This document shows, one piece after another, positions 10,441-19,036 of a DNA stretch of 64,000 nucleotides. The stretch is from Longimicrobiales bacterium (GTDB lineage: Bacteria > Gemmatimonadota > Gemmatimonadetes > Longimicrobiales > Gaopeijiaceae), in contig CAXXKM010000001.1 of assembly GCA_963664435.2 (NCBI GenBank), positions 256,001 to 320,000 of the forward strand, written 5' to 3'. Made by a program: the position numbers and the translations under genes. The number at the start of each line of letters is the position of its first letter. Position 1 is the first letter of the stretch. The notes below the pieces were generated by a model. It saw nothing but the letters and a program-made list of their open reading frames with translations. It was not told the origin of the DNA and did not search any database.

Positions 10441-12240
10441 TTACTGTTCAATCGACAGCACGGCCAGAAACGCCTCCTGCGGGATCTCCACCGATCCCAC
10501 CTGCTTCATCCGCTTCTTCCCCTCCTTCTGCCGCTCGAGCAGCTTGCGCTTGCGGGTGATGTCCCCGCCGTAGCACTTGGCGGTCACCGCCTTGCGCAGG
10601 GCCTTCACGTTGGTGCGCGCCACGATCTTCGATCCGATCGCCGCCTGCAGCGCCACCTGGAACTGCTGGCGCGGAATGAGCTCCTTCAGCTTGCGCACCA
10701 GGTCGCGCCCGTAGATCTGCGCGCGGTCGTGATGGATGATGACGCTGAAGGCGTCCACGGAATCGCCGTTCACCAGCACATCCAGCTTCACCAGGTTCTC
10801 GGGCCGGTACTCCGCGAAGTCGTAGTCGAGCGCCGCGTAGCCGCGCGTGCTCCCCTTGAGGCGGTCGTAGAAGTCCAGCACGATCTCGGCCAGGGGCAGC
10901 TCGAAGTCCATCTCCACGCGCCGGGGATCCAGGTACCGCATCCCCTTGAAGGTCCCGCGCCGATCGTGGCAGAGCTTCTGCACGTTGCCGATGTACTCGG
11001 CGGGAGACACGATGTGCGCGTGAACCCAGGGCTCGGCGACCGACTTCAGCTTGCCGCGGCCGGGCAGGCGGGTGGGGTTCTCGATCGCCAGCTCGCTGCC
11101 GTCGGTGAGCGTGATGTGATACTCGACGTTGGGCACGGTGGTGATCAGGCTCACGCCGAACTCGCGGTCCAGCCGTTCCTGGACGATCTCCATGTGGAGC
11201 AGCCCCAGGAAGCCGCAGCGGAAGCCGAATCCAAGCGCCGCCGATGTCTCGGGCTGATAGTGCAGGCTTCCGTCGTTCAGCCTGAGCCGGTCGAGGGCAT
11301 CGCGCAGGGATTCGTAGTCGTCGGCGTTGCTCGGATAGAGCCCCGCGAACACCATGGGACGCACCTCCTTGTACCCCGGCAGCAGCTCCTCCGCTCTGCG
11401 GGCGGCGTCGACGACGGTATCGCCCACCCGCGTGTGCGAGACGGACTTGATGGCCGCGACCAGGTACCCGACCTCTCCCGGGTGGAGGGCGTCGCGGCGC
11501 ACGCGCGCCAGCCGCGTATAGCCCACCTCGGTCACCTCGTAGGTGGCGCCTACGGTGCCGAAGCCGATGTCCATCCCCGGGCGCAGCACCCCGTCCATCA
11601 CCCGGACGCTCGGGACCGCGCCCAGATACTGGTCGTAGTAGGAGTCGAAGATGAGCGCGCGCAGGGGCGCCTCCGGATCTCCCGCCGGAGTGGGCACCCG
11701 TTCGATGACCGCTTCCAGGATCTCCGCGGCTCCGGTCCCCTCCTTGGCGCTCGCGAACAGCACCTCGGAGGGATCGACCCCCAGGAGGTCCGCGAGCTCG
11801 TCGCGGCGGCGCTCCGGCTCCGCGCCGGGAAGATCGATCTTGTTGATCACGGGGATCACTTCCAGGTCCGCGTCCAGCGCCAGGAACAGGTTCGAGATGG
11901 TCTGGGCCTGGATGCCCTGGCTGGCGTCGACGACGAGGATGGCGCCCTCGCAGGCCGCGAGGGAGCGTGACACCTCGTAGGTGAAATCGACGTGTCCGGG
12001 GGTGTCGATCAGGTTCAGCTGATAGCGCTCGCCGTCCCGCGCCGTGTAGTCCATGCGCACGGCGTGCAGCTTGATGGTGATGCCCCGTTCGCGCTCCAGC
12101 TCGTTTGAGTCGAGCACCTGAGCACGCATCTGGCGGGGGTCGAGCGTGCCGGTGAGCTCGAGGAGACGATCCGCGAGCGTCGACTTGCCGTGGTCGATGT
12201 GCGCGACGATGCAGAAGTTGCGGATGCGGTCGAGCTGCAC
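10441..12240 (-). CDS. lepA: Elongation factor 4 (LepA)
   Basis: [54 protein letters not shown]. Confidence 0.99.
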   Translation of the reverse strand: MQLDRIRNFCIVAHIDHGKSTLADRLLELTGTLDPRQMRAQVLDSNELERERGITIKLHAVRMDYTARDGERYQLNLIDTPGHVDFTYEVSRSLAACEGAILVVDASQGIQAQTISNLFLALDADLEVIPVINKIDLPGAEPERRRDELADLLGVDPSEVLFASAKEGTGAAEILEAVIERVPTPAGDPEAPLRALIFDSYYDQYLGAVPSVRVMDGVLRPGMDIGFGTVGATYEVTEVGYTRLARVRRDALHPGEVGYLVAAIKSVSHTRVGDTVVDAARRAEELLPGYKEVRPMVFAGLYPSNADDYESLRDALDRLRLNDGSLHYQPETSAALGFGFRCGFLGLLHMEIVQERLDREFGVSLITTVPNVEYHITLTDGSELAIENPTRLPGRGKLKSVAEPWVHAHIVSPAEYIGNVQKLCHDRRGTFKGMRYLDPRRVEMDFELPLAEIVLDFYDRLKGSTRGYAALDYDFAEYRPENLVKLDVLVNGDSVDAFSVIIHHDRAQIYGRDLVRKLKELIPRQQFQVALQAAIGSKIVARTNVKALRKAVTAKCYGGDITRKRKLLERQKEGKKRMKQVGSVEIPQEAFLAVLSIEQ

Positions 12241-12249
12241 GGCTCCCCC

Positions 12250-13293
12250 TCAGGCCCGGCCGCGCAGCACGCGCCGCATCATCTCGAGCGCGCGCTCCAC
12301 GTCGGAGGTGGATATGTCCCGGTGGGTGACGGCCCGAATCCCGGCCCGGCCCTGGGGAAGCAGATGAAGCCCGCGGGCGTGGCACCGGGTGGCGAAGGCG
12401 CCCGCCGGCATCGCCGATACCCGAAACCGCACGAGGTTCGACTGTGGCACGCCGGGGGCAGCCTCCAGGCCGTCGATGCCGGCGATGCCGCGCGCCAGGG
12501 CGCGGGCGTGGGCGATGTCGGCCGGCAAGCCGTCGCGGTGGTGTTCCAGCGCATGCAGGGCGGCCGCGGCGAGGATGCCCGCCTGGCGGAAGCCGCCGCC
12601 GAATTGCTGCTTGAAGCGGCGCGCCCGCGCCACCAGCTCCTCCGAGCCCGCCAGAGCGGAGCCCACGGGAGCTCCGAGGCCCTTGCTGAAACAGACGTTC
12701 ACGGTATCGAAGGGCGCGGCGTAACGAGCCTCCGGGACCCCGGAGGCGGCCGTGGCGTGCCAGAGGCGGGCGCCATCGAGGTGGGTGGCGAGGCCGTGGC
12801 GGCGGGCGGCGGCGCATACCTCCTCGACCTGGCCGAGCGGCCACACGGTCCCCCCACCCCCGTTGTGGGTGTTCTCCACGCACAGCAGCCGGGGCGGCGA
12901 TTCCAGGTGGATCGGATTGAAGGGATGCTCGGGCTCCATGGCGTCCTCCACATCGGCTGCGGCAAAGAGCCCGCCCCTGCCGGGAAGGGGCTTCATGGAC
13001 ACCCCGCTGAGCGCGGCGGGAGCACCCGACTCGCTGCGCACGATATGGGCGCTTCGGTCGATCAGGACGAGGTCGCCGGGCTCGGTGTGGGCACGCACCC
13101 CGATCTGGTTGGACATCGTGCCCGTGGGCACGAACACCGCGGCCTCCTTGCCCAGCAGTTCGGCGGTGCGCGCCTCCAGCGCGTTCACGGTGGGATCGTC
13201 GCCGTACACGTCGTCGCCCACCGGGGCGGCGGCGATGGCTTCCCGCATGGCCGGGGTGGGCAGGGTCACGGTGTCGCTGCGGAGATCGATCAT
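12250..13293 (-). CDS. ltaE: Low-specificity L-threonine aldolase
   Basis: MIDLRSDTVTLPT, GDDVYGDDPTV, GTMSNQ, ENTHN, HLDGARL, CFSKGLGAPVGS. Confidence 0.93.
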   Translation of the reverse strand: MIDLRSDTVTLPTPAMREAIAAAPVGDDVYGDDPTVNALEARTAELLGKEAAVFVPTGTMSNQIGVRAHTEPGDLVLIDRSAHIVRSESGAPAALSGVSMKPLPGRGGLFAAADVEDAMEPEHPFNPIHLESPPRLLCVENTHNGGGGTVWPLGQVEEVCAAARRHGLATHLDGARLWHATAASGVPEARYAAPFDTVNVCFSKGLGAPVGSALAGSEELVARARRFKQQFGGGFRQAGILAAAALHALEHHRDGLPADIAHARALARGIAGIDGLEAAPGVPQSNLVRFRVSAMPAGAFATRCHARGLHLLPQGRAGIRAVTHRDISTSDVERALEMMRRVLRGRA

Positions 13294-13330
13294 GATCCGC
13301 GATACACCGGGCGGGGCGGGTGGTGTCGCA

Positions 13331-14359
13331 TCACCGCCGCTGCCAGGGAGCGCCGAGCCCGCCATCGGGCGAGTCGCCGGTCCGCGCCAGCGTCACCCCG
13401 GCGACCTGCCGCCGCAGCGCGCGGATCCCGGCTGGACCGACGCGGCAGCACCCGCCGACGCCGGCCGCCCCGCGCGCAATCCAGTCGCGCGCTTCGAGGG
13501 TCGGCTCGCCGGCCCCCCGGGCGCCGTTCGCGGGCCAGTGCCACGCCCCGGTGTGGGCGTCGTACACCTCCCCGGAGTTGGGATAGACGATCACGGGAAG
13601 ATCGGTCTCGCCCCGGATTCGTCCGATGAGTTCTCCGACATGTGCGGGCGCGACGCAGTTCACCCCCACCGCGGCCACCCTTTCCGCCCGATCGCAGAGG
13701 CGCGCGACCGCCTCGACCGGCGTGCCGTCCCAGAGGCGGGCGCCATCCGCGCAGCAGAAGCTCACCCACGCCCACGCTTCCGGCGTTTCGGCCAGAATCC
13801 CGAGCACGACTTCGACCTCGAGACCCGAGGGGATGGTTTCGCAGAGGATCAGGTCGGCGTCCGAGCGCGCGAAGAGCCGGAAGCGGCGCCGGTGGAACTC
13901 GTCCAGCACCCGGGGTTCGACGCCGTACCGGCCATCGTATTCCGACCCGTCCGCGAGGTACGCCCCGTATGGCCCCGCACTGGCCGCCACCAGCGGGCGC
14001 AGCCGGCCGGTTCGGCCAGCCTGTTCCGCCCGGAACTCGTCGCGCGCCTCGATGGCCAGCGCGACCGAGAGTTCCAGGAAGCCCGCCGCATCGCCATCGC
14101 CGTAGCCCTGCGCGCGGAAGCCGGGGAAGCTCGCCTGGTAGCTGGCGGTGGAAATGCAGTCCGCGCCCGCCGCGAGGTATTCGGCGTGGGTGCGCCGGAT
14201 GGCGCCGGGGTTCGATACGAGCAGTTCGGCGGACCAGAGCCGGGTGTCGAGGCGGTGCCCGCGGGCTTCGAGCCCCGTCGCCAGACCCCCGTCGGCGATC
14301 AGCGGCCTCCCGCGGGCGAAGAACGGCGCGAGAGGACCGGTCCGCTCCGGCCGGCTCAT
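13331..14359 (-). CDS. mmuM: Homocysteine S-methyltransferase
   Basis: DGGLATGLE, GPYGAYLADGSEY, GVNC, YPNSGE, GGCC zinc ligands. Confidence 0.93.
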   Translation of the reverse strand: MSRPERTGPLAPFFARGRPLIADGGLATGLEARGHRLDTRLWSAELLVSNPGAIRRTHAEYLAAGADCISTASYQASFPGFRAQGYGDGDAAGFLELSVALAIEARDEFRAEQAGRTGRLRPLVAASAGPYGAYLADGSEYDGRYGVEPRVLDEFHRRRFRLFARSDADLILCETIPSGLEVEVVLGILAETPEAWAWVSFCCADGARLWDGTPVEAVARLCDRAERVAAVGVNCVAPAHVGELIGRIRGETDLPVIVYPNSGEVYDAHTGAWHWPANGARGAGEPTLEARDWIARGAAGVGGCCRVGPAGIRALRRQVAGVTLARTGDSPDGGLGAPWQRR

Positions 14360-14718
14360 CCCTCCGGGCTGAGCAGCGTCGCCAGCATCTCCGCGTTGTA
14401 TCCCACCAGAAGCCGATCCCCGCTGCGCATCGTCGGCGCGCGCAGCTTCCCGAAACGGCTGCAGAGAAGCTTCACCAACTCCTCGTCGGCGGGCCTGTCG
14501 GCGCCAAGATCGACGTGGACGATCTTCTTCCCCCTGGCGACATGGAGGTCGCTCACGCCTTCCAGGAGGGTCAGCACTTCGTCGCCCGCGACGGGACTGC
14601 GCGTGGCGCTCTGCACTTCCCCGGTCGCGATTTCATTCTGCGCAAGAAACTCTTGCGTACGCTTGCAACTGGTTCAGCCCGGGCGGTGATACCGCCATTC
14701 AACGGACGACGTGGCCAT
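14356..14718 (-). CDS. ArsC/Spx-family thioredoxin-fold selenoprotein (Sec15, U-T-S-C)
   Basis: GGAGGGG-5nt-ATG 14718 gives MATSSVEWRYHRPG*TSCKRTQEFL, in frame with ORF 14356..14616 (LRAPTMRSGDRLLVGYN). TGA at 14676-14674 is followed by a hairpin. Confidence 0.88.
14641..14657 (-). promoter_or_regulatory. Putative bacterial SECIS element
   Basis: Minus-strand CGCAAGA-GTT-TCTTGCG: perfect 7-bp stem with G in the loop, starting 16 nt after the in-frame UGA. Confidence 0.7.
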
Positions 14719-15208
14719 GAGATCCCCTCCGGCGGGTTTGCGGCGCGAACGGAAGAAGGTTCGGGGGGGCATGCGCCGGGATGCCCTAACCTGTTTTATC
14801 GCTTCAAGATAGCTTTACTCATCGGACAACTGTCGTGGTCCCTTGCCCGGACGAAGTCTAGCAGCCCGCAGGCCGCTGCTTCAAGGCGCTCGACCGGATC
14901 CGGGCTCGGCGACGGGCGATGGCCCGGGGGCGAGGCTTCGCCCGTGGGCGGCGCGATCCACCGGGGCGCCGGCAGGATCGAACACCGGGCCTTGCGGCGC
15001 TATCGCGCCCGTCCGATTCTTGGGGCGCATCCGGGATGCCGACGGACGCCGGGCGACGCCGGCATGTGCCAGGGCATGCTCCGTCCCCGGTGCGACGCCG
15101 CACAGGGAGACCGCTGCGACCGGGAGGACCCGTGCGACGCGGGGCAGTGCAGTGCGGGAGAGACACGCGCCCGTGCCGTGCGGGCGGGCCGAACCTGTGG
15201 AGACCAGG

Positions 15209-15937
15209 ATGACCGTTTTGCGATGCGTGGCGCTGGGATGCCTCGTGCTCCCTGCGGCCGACGCCGGCGCGCAATCCCTCGACGACGCCAGAACCGCCTT
15301 TGCGGAAGGGCGTTTTCTCGAGGCGGCGGAACTGGCCGAAGCGCTGGCGACGTCCGACGGCTACGCCCTTGGCGCGCAATCGCTCGCGATACACGCGCAC
15401 TACTTCGCGACCGAGGATGAGTGGGAGGAGTTGGTCGACCGCGCGATAGAGATGGGCGACGCGGCCATGCTCGCCGATTCGACGAACGCCGAGGCGCACT
15501 ATCAGGCCGCCCACGCACTCGGCCGATACGCTCAGGGCGTGGGTGCGATCACGGCGCTCCGCCAGGGCCTCGCGGGAAGCATCCGCGAGCGGCTCGATGC
15601 AGCGATTCGCCTCGATCCCTATCTCTGGGAAGCCAGACTGGCGCTCGGCGGATGGCACGCCGACATCGCGGCGGAAGGGTTCATCGCGCGGCGGATGTAC
15701 GGAGGGAATCGACCGGCCGCCGTCGTACTGTTCGAGCAGGCGTTGCAGATGGCGCCGGAGTCGAGGGTCGTGCTCTTCGAGTACGCCGCCCGGCTCCCCG
15801 ACCTCGACGAAGAGAACGGGGAGGAGCGAGCGCGCGAAATGCTGGACAGGGCGGCTCAACTGCCGATCGTCGATGCCTACGACGGGCTCATCCAGGAACT
15901 GGTCCTCGAGGCAATCGCGAAGCGGGAGGACGGATAA
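15209..15937 (+). CDS. Secreted TPR-like alpha-helical protein
   Basis: Signal peptide ending AGA-Q; TPR-like segments AEAHYQAAHALGRYAQ, AIRLDP, ALQMAP. GGAG upstream of ATG 15209. Confidence 0.7.
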   Translation: MTVLRCVALGCLVLPAADAGAQSLDDARTAFAEGRFLEAAELAEALATSDGYALGAQSLAIHAHYFATEDEWEELVDRAIEMGDAAMLADSTNAEAHYQAAHALGRYAQGVGAITALRQGLAGSIRERLDAAIRLDPYLWEARLALGGWHADIAAEGFIARRMYGGNRPAAVVLFEQALQMAPESRVVLFEYAARLPDLDEENGEERAREMLDRAAQLPIVDAYDGLIQELVLEAIAKREDG

Positions 15938-15960
15938 CCCCGAAGGTCCGGCAGACAACC

Positions 15961-17043
<1,083 letters not shown>

Positions 17044-17089
17044 TCCCGGGCACGGAACGGTTCCGGTCACCGCTTCCGCCTGATCCGTC

Positions 17090-19036
17090 TCAGGGAGCTG
17101 CCCTGCCTGCGGATCTCGAGCCATCGCCGCCGCCGAGCCCCACGAGCTCCAGAAGCCGCAGGGCGTTCGTCGAGGTGGCGATGCCGGACCTGAGGCGATA
17201 ATCGAAGGTCAGCCCCTCGTTCCCGTCGCCGACGGACTCGGTAAGGTGGACGGGGACGGCCCGGGCCTTGAGGTCGTCCGCGTCGGCCAGCGTCAGGTCG
17301 TGGGTCGTCACGGCGCCGATCGCGCCGGAGTGGAGCAGCCTGCGCAGAACGGTGCGCGCGGCGATCCTGCGCTCGGCGCTGTTGGTCCCCTGGAGAACCT
17401 CGTCGAGGAGGTAGAGGACTCCGGGGCTCGCGGACGCCGCTCCACCCGCCGGCGCCTCCTCCCCGGCCCCGAAGCCGGGATGCCCATGAGCCGTCTCGGC
17501 CACATCCACGACCTGCTTGAGTCGCTGGAGCCCGGCCATGAAGAAGGACACGCCGTCGGCGAGGGAGTCGGCGACATGCATGCTGGTGACGACGCGCAGA
17601 GGCGGGATGCGCAGCGCCTCGGCGCACACCGGTCCGCCCGCCTGGCCGAGCACGACGTTCAGGCCGACTGCCTTCACGAGGGTGGACTTCCCGGACATGT
17701 TCGAGCCCGTCACCAACAGAAACGAGCCTGCCGGTCCCACTTCCACGTCGTTGCGCACGCAGAGCCCGGGGGCGAGCAGAGGATGGCCCAGGGTCCGTCC
17801 ACGAAGGGTGTCGGCTTCGGTGTCCAGCGTGGGCATGGTCCAGTCGGGGTTGTCGGCGGCGAGGGCCGCCAGGGCAGCCAGCGCTTCGGCTTCGCCGACG
17901 GCGCGGAGCCATGTGCGGACGCCGGCGCCCGACCGCTCCTTCCAGCGTTCGAGGGCGGCCAGGACATGTACGTCCCAGAGCAGGACGAGCGACAGCGGGA
18001 AGTGGAAGAGGGGCGACCTTCTGACTTCCGCCATATCCAGAAGCCGGCGCAGCCTCGCGATCTCGCGATGAGCCGGCCTGGTACCGGCACCCAGCCGCTC
18101 GCGGAGGTCGGACGCGTAGCGGGAATCGAGGGGCGCGTTGGCCAGAAGGCTGAGAAGCGGCCCGTAGTGCCGCACGCCCGACTCGCCATCGTCGGCCTCG
18201 GAGCAGGCCCGGGCGATCGCCCTCCACGCCGGGGTGAGCACCAGCGCCGAGATGAGAAGTGGCCAGGCCACGGCGGCTGCGGACACCATCCCCAGGGAAC
18301 AGAGAATGATGGCGGCCAGGTTCACCGGCGGAAGCACAATGGCGGCCGCGCGCAGCCAGGTGCGCCCGGACAGCCGGTCCCGGCCCTCCGCCCAGCGCAG
18401 AAAGTCCTCCACCTCCTGCATCGACGCGCCTTTCGTCAGCCGGGCTTCGGCCGCAATGCGGTCCCGGAAGTCGAAGGCGCCGGACATCTCGCGCACTGCC
18501 TGCTGGCGCAGGACGATGGTATCGGGATCCGCGGGCGCAAGAAGCCAGGACCAGAGGGTCTCTCGGCCGGGTGGAGTTCCGCAGACGCCTGCCAGGTGAA
18601 GGAGAGACGCGTGACCGTGCAGGTCCAGGTCGTCCGCGTAGTCGTGGTTCCCCGGCGCCGGGGTACGGACCGGCCGCGGCAGGTCGGACCAGCGGCGCTC
18701 GACACGGGCGATCCCCTCGCGATTGAAGTCGGCCATCAGCTCGGCGCGGCGCAGGTGCCGCCGGGCGGCCCGGTGCCGCGCGACTACCATCGCGAAGGCG
18801 GCGAGAGCACCGGCCACGAGCAGCCAGGCCGCCTGGCCGCGTCCCTGCGAGATCAACAGCCAGACGCCGGCCCCGCTGGCCACGAAGACCAGGAGCCGGA
18901 GCCGCTCGTACGATCGGACCACCCCGGCCCTTTCCGCCGCCTCCCGATCGAAGCGGCGGGCGCGGTCCGCGTATCGGGCGGCGGGCTGGTCGACGGACCC
19001 GGTACCGGGTGAGGTTGGCTCCGTCGTGCTTCTCAC
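17090..19036 (-). CDS. Membrane-anchored MutS-family ATPase (no mismatch-recognition domain)
   Basis: Hydrophobic N-terminal helices, GHPLL, Walker A GSNMSGKST, SFFMA, Walker B LLDEVLQGTNS, TTHD, FDYRLRSG. Confidence 0.88.
   Translation of the reverse strand: MRSTTEPTSPGTGSVDQPAARYADRARRFDREAAERAGVVRSYERLRLLVFVASGAGVWLLISQGRGQAAWLLVAGALAAFAMVVARHRAARRHLRRAELMADFNREGIARVERRWSDLPRPVRTPAPGNHDYADDLDLHGHASLLHLAGVCGTPPGRETLWSWLLAPADPDTIVLRQQAVREMSGAFDFRDRIAAEARLTKGASMQEVEDFLRWAEGRDRLSGRTWLRAAAIVLPPVNLAAIILCSLGMVSAAAVAWPLLISALVLTPAWRAIARACSEADDGESGVRHYGPLLSLLANAPLDSRYASDLRERLGAGTRPAHREIARLRRLLDMAEVRRSPLFHFPLSLVLLWDVHVLAALERWKERSGAGVRTWLRAVGEAEALAALAALAADNPDWTMPTLDTEADTLRGRTLGHPLLAPGLCVRNDVEVGPAGSFLLVTGSNMSGKSTLVKAVGLNVVLGQAGGPVCAEALRIPPLRVVTSMHVADSLADGVSFFMAGLQRLKQVVDVAETAHGHPGFGAGEEAPAGGAASASPGVLYLLDEVLQGTNSAERRIAARTVLRRLLHSGAIGAVTTHDLTLADADDLKARAVPVHLTESVGDGNEGLTFDYRLRSGIATSTNALRLLELVGLGGGDGSRSAGRAAP

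Noticed and set aside
10448..12883. Many long alternative-frame or antisense ORFs (e.g. 10448..12883, 19009..21444, 35300..38176, 61128..63908)
   Set aside because: They are Arg/Gly/Pro-rich shadows of well-supported genes, expected in high-GC DNA with few stop codons. Only the tail of 61128..63908 was kept, as pseudogene remnants.
15064..15210. Cys-rich frame and three TGCGAC hexamers upstream of the TPR gene
   Set aside because: The frame runs on as a shadow ORF without an RBS, spacing is irregular (24 and 18 nt), and the hexamer is common at this GC content.
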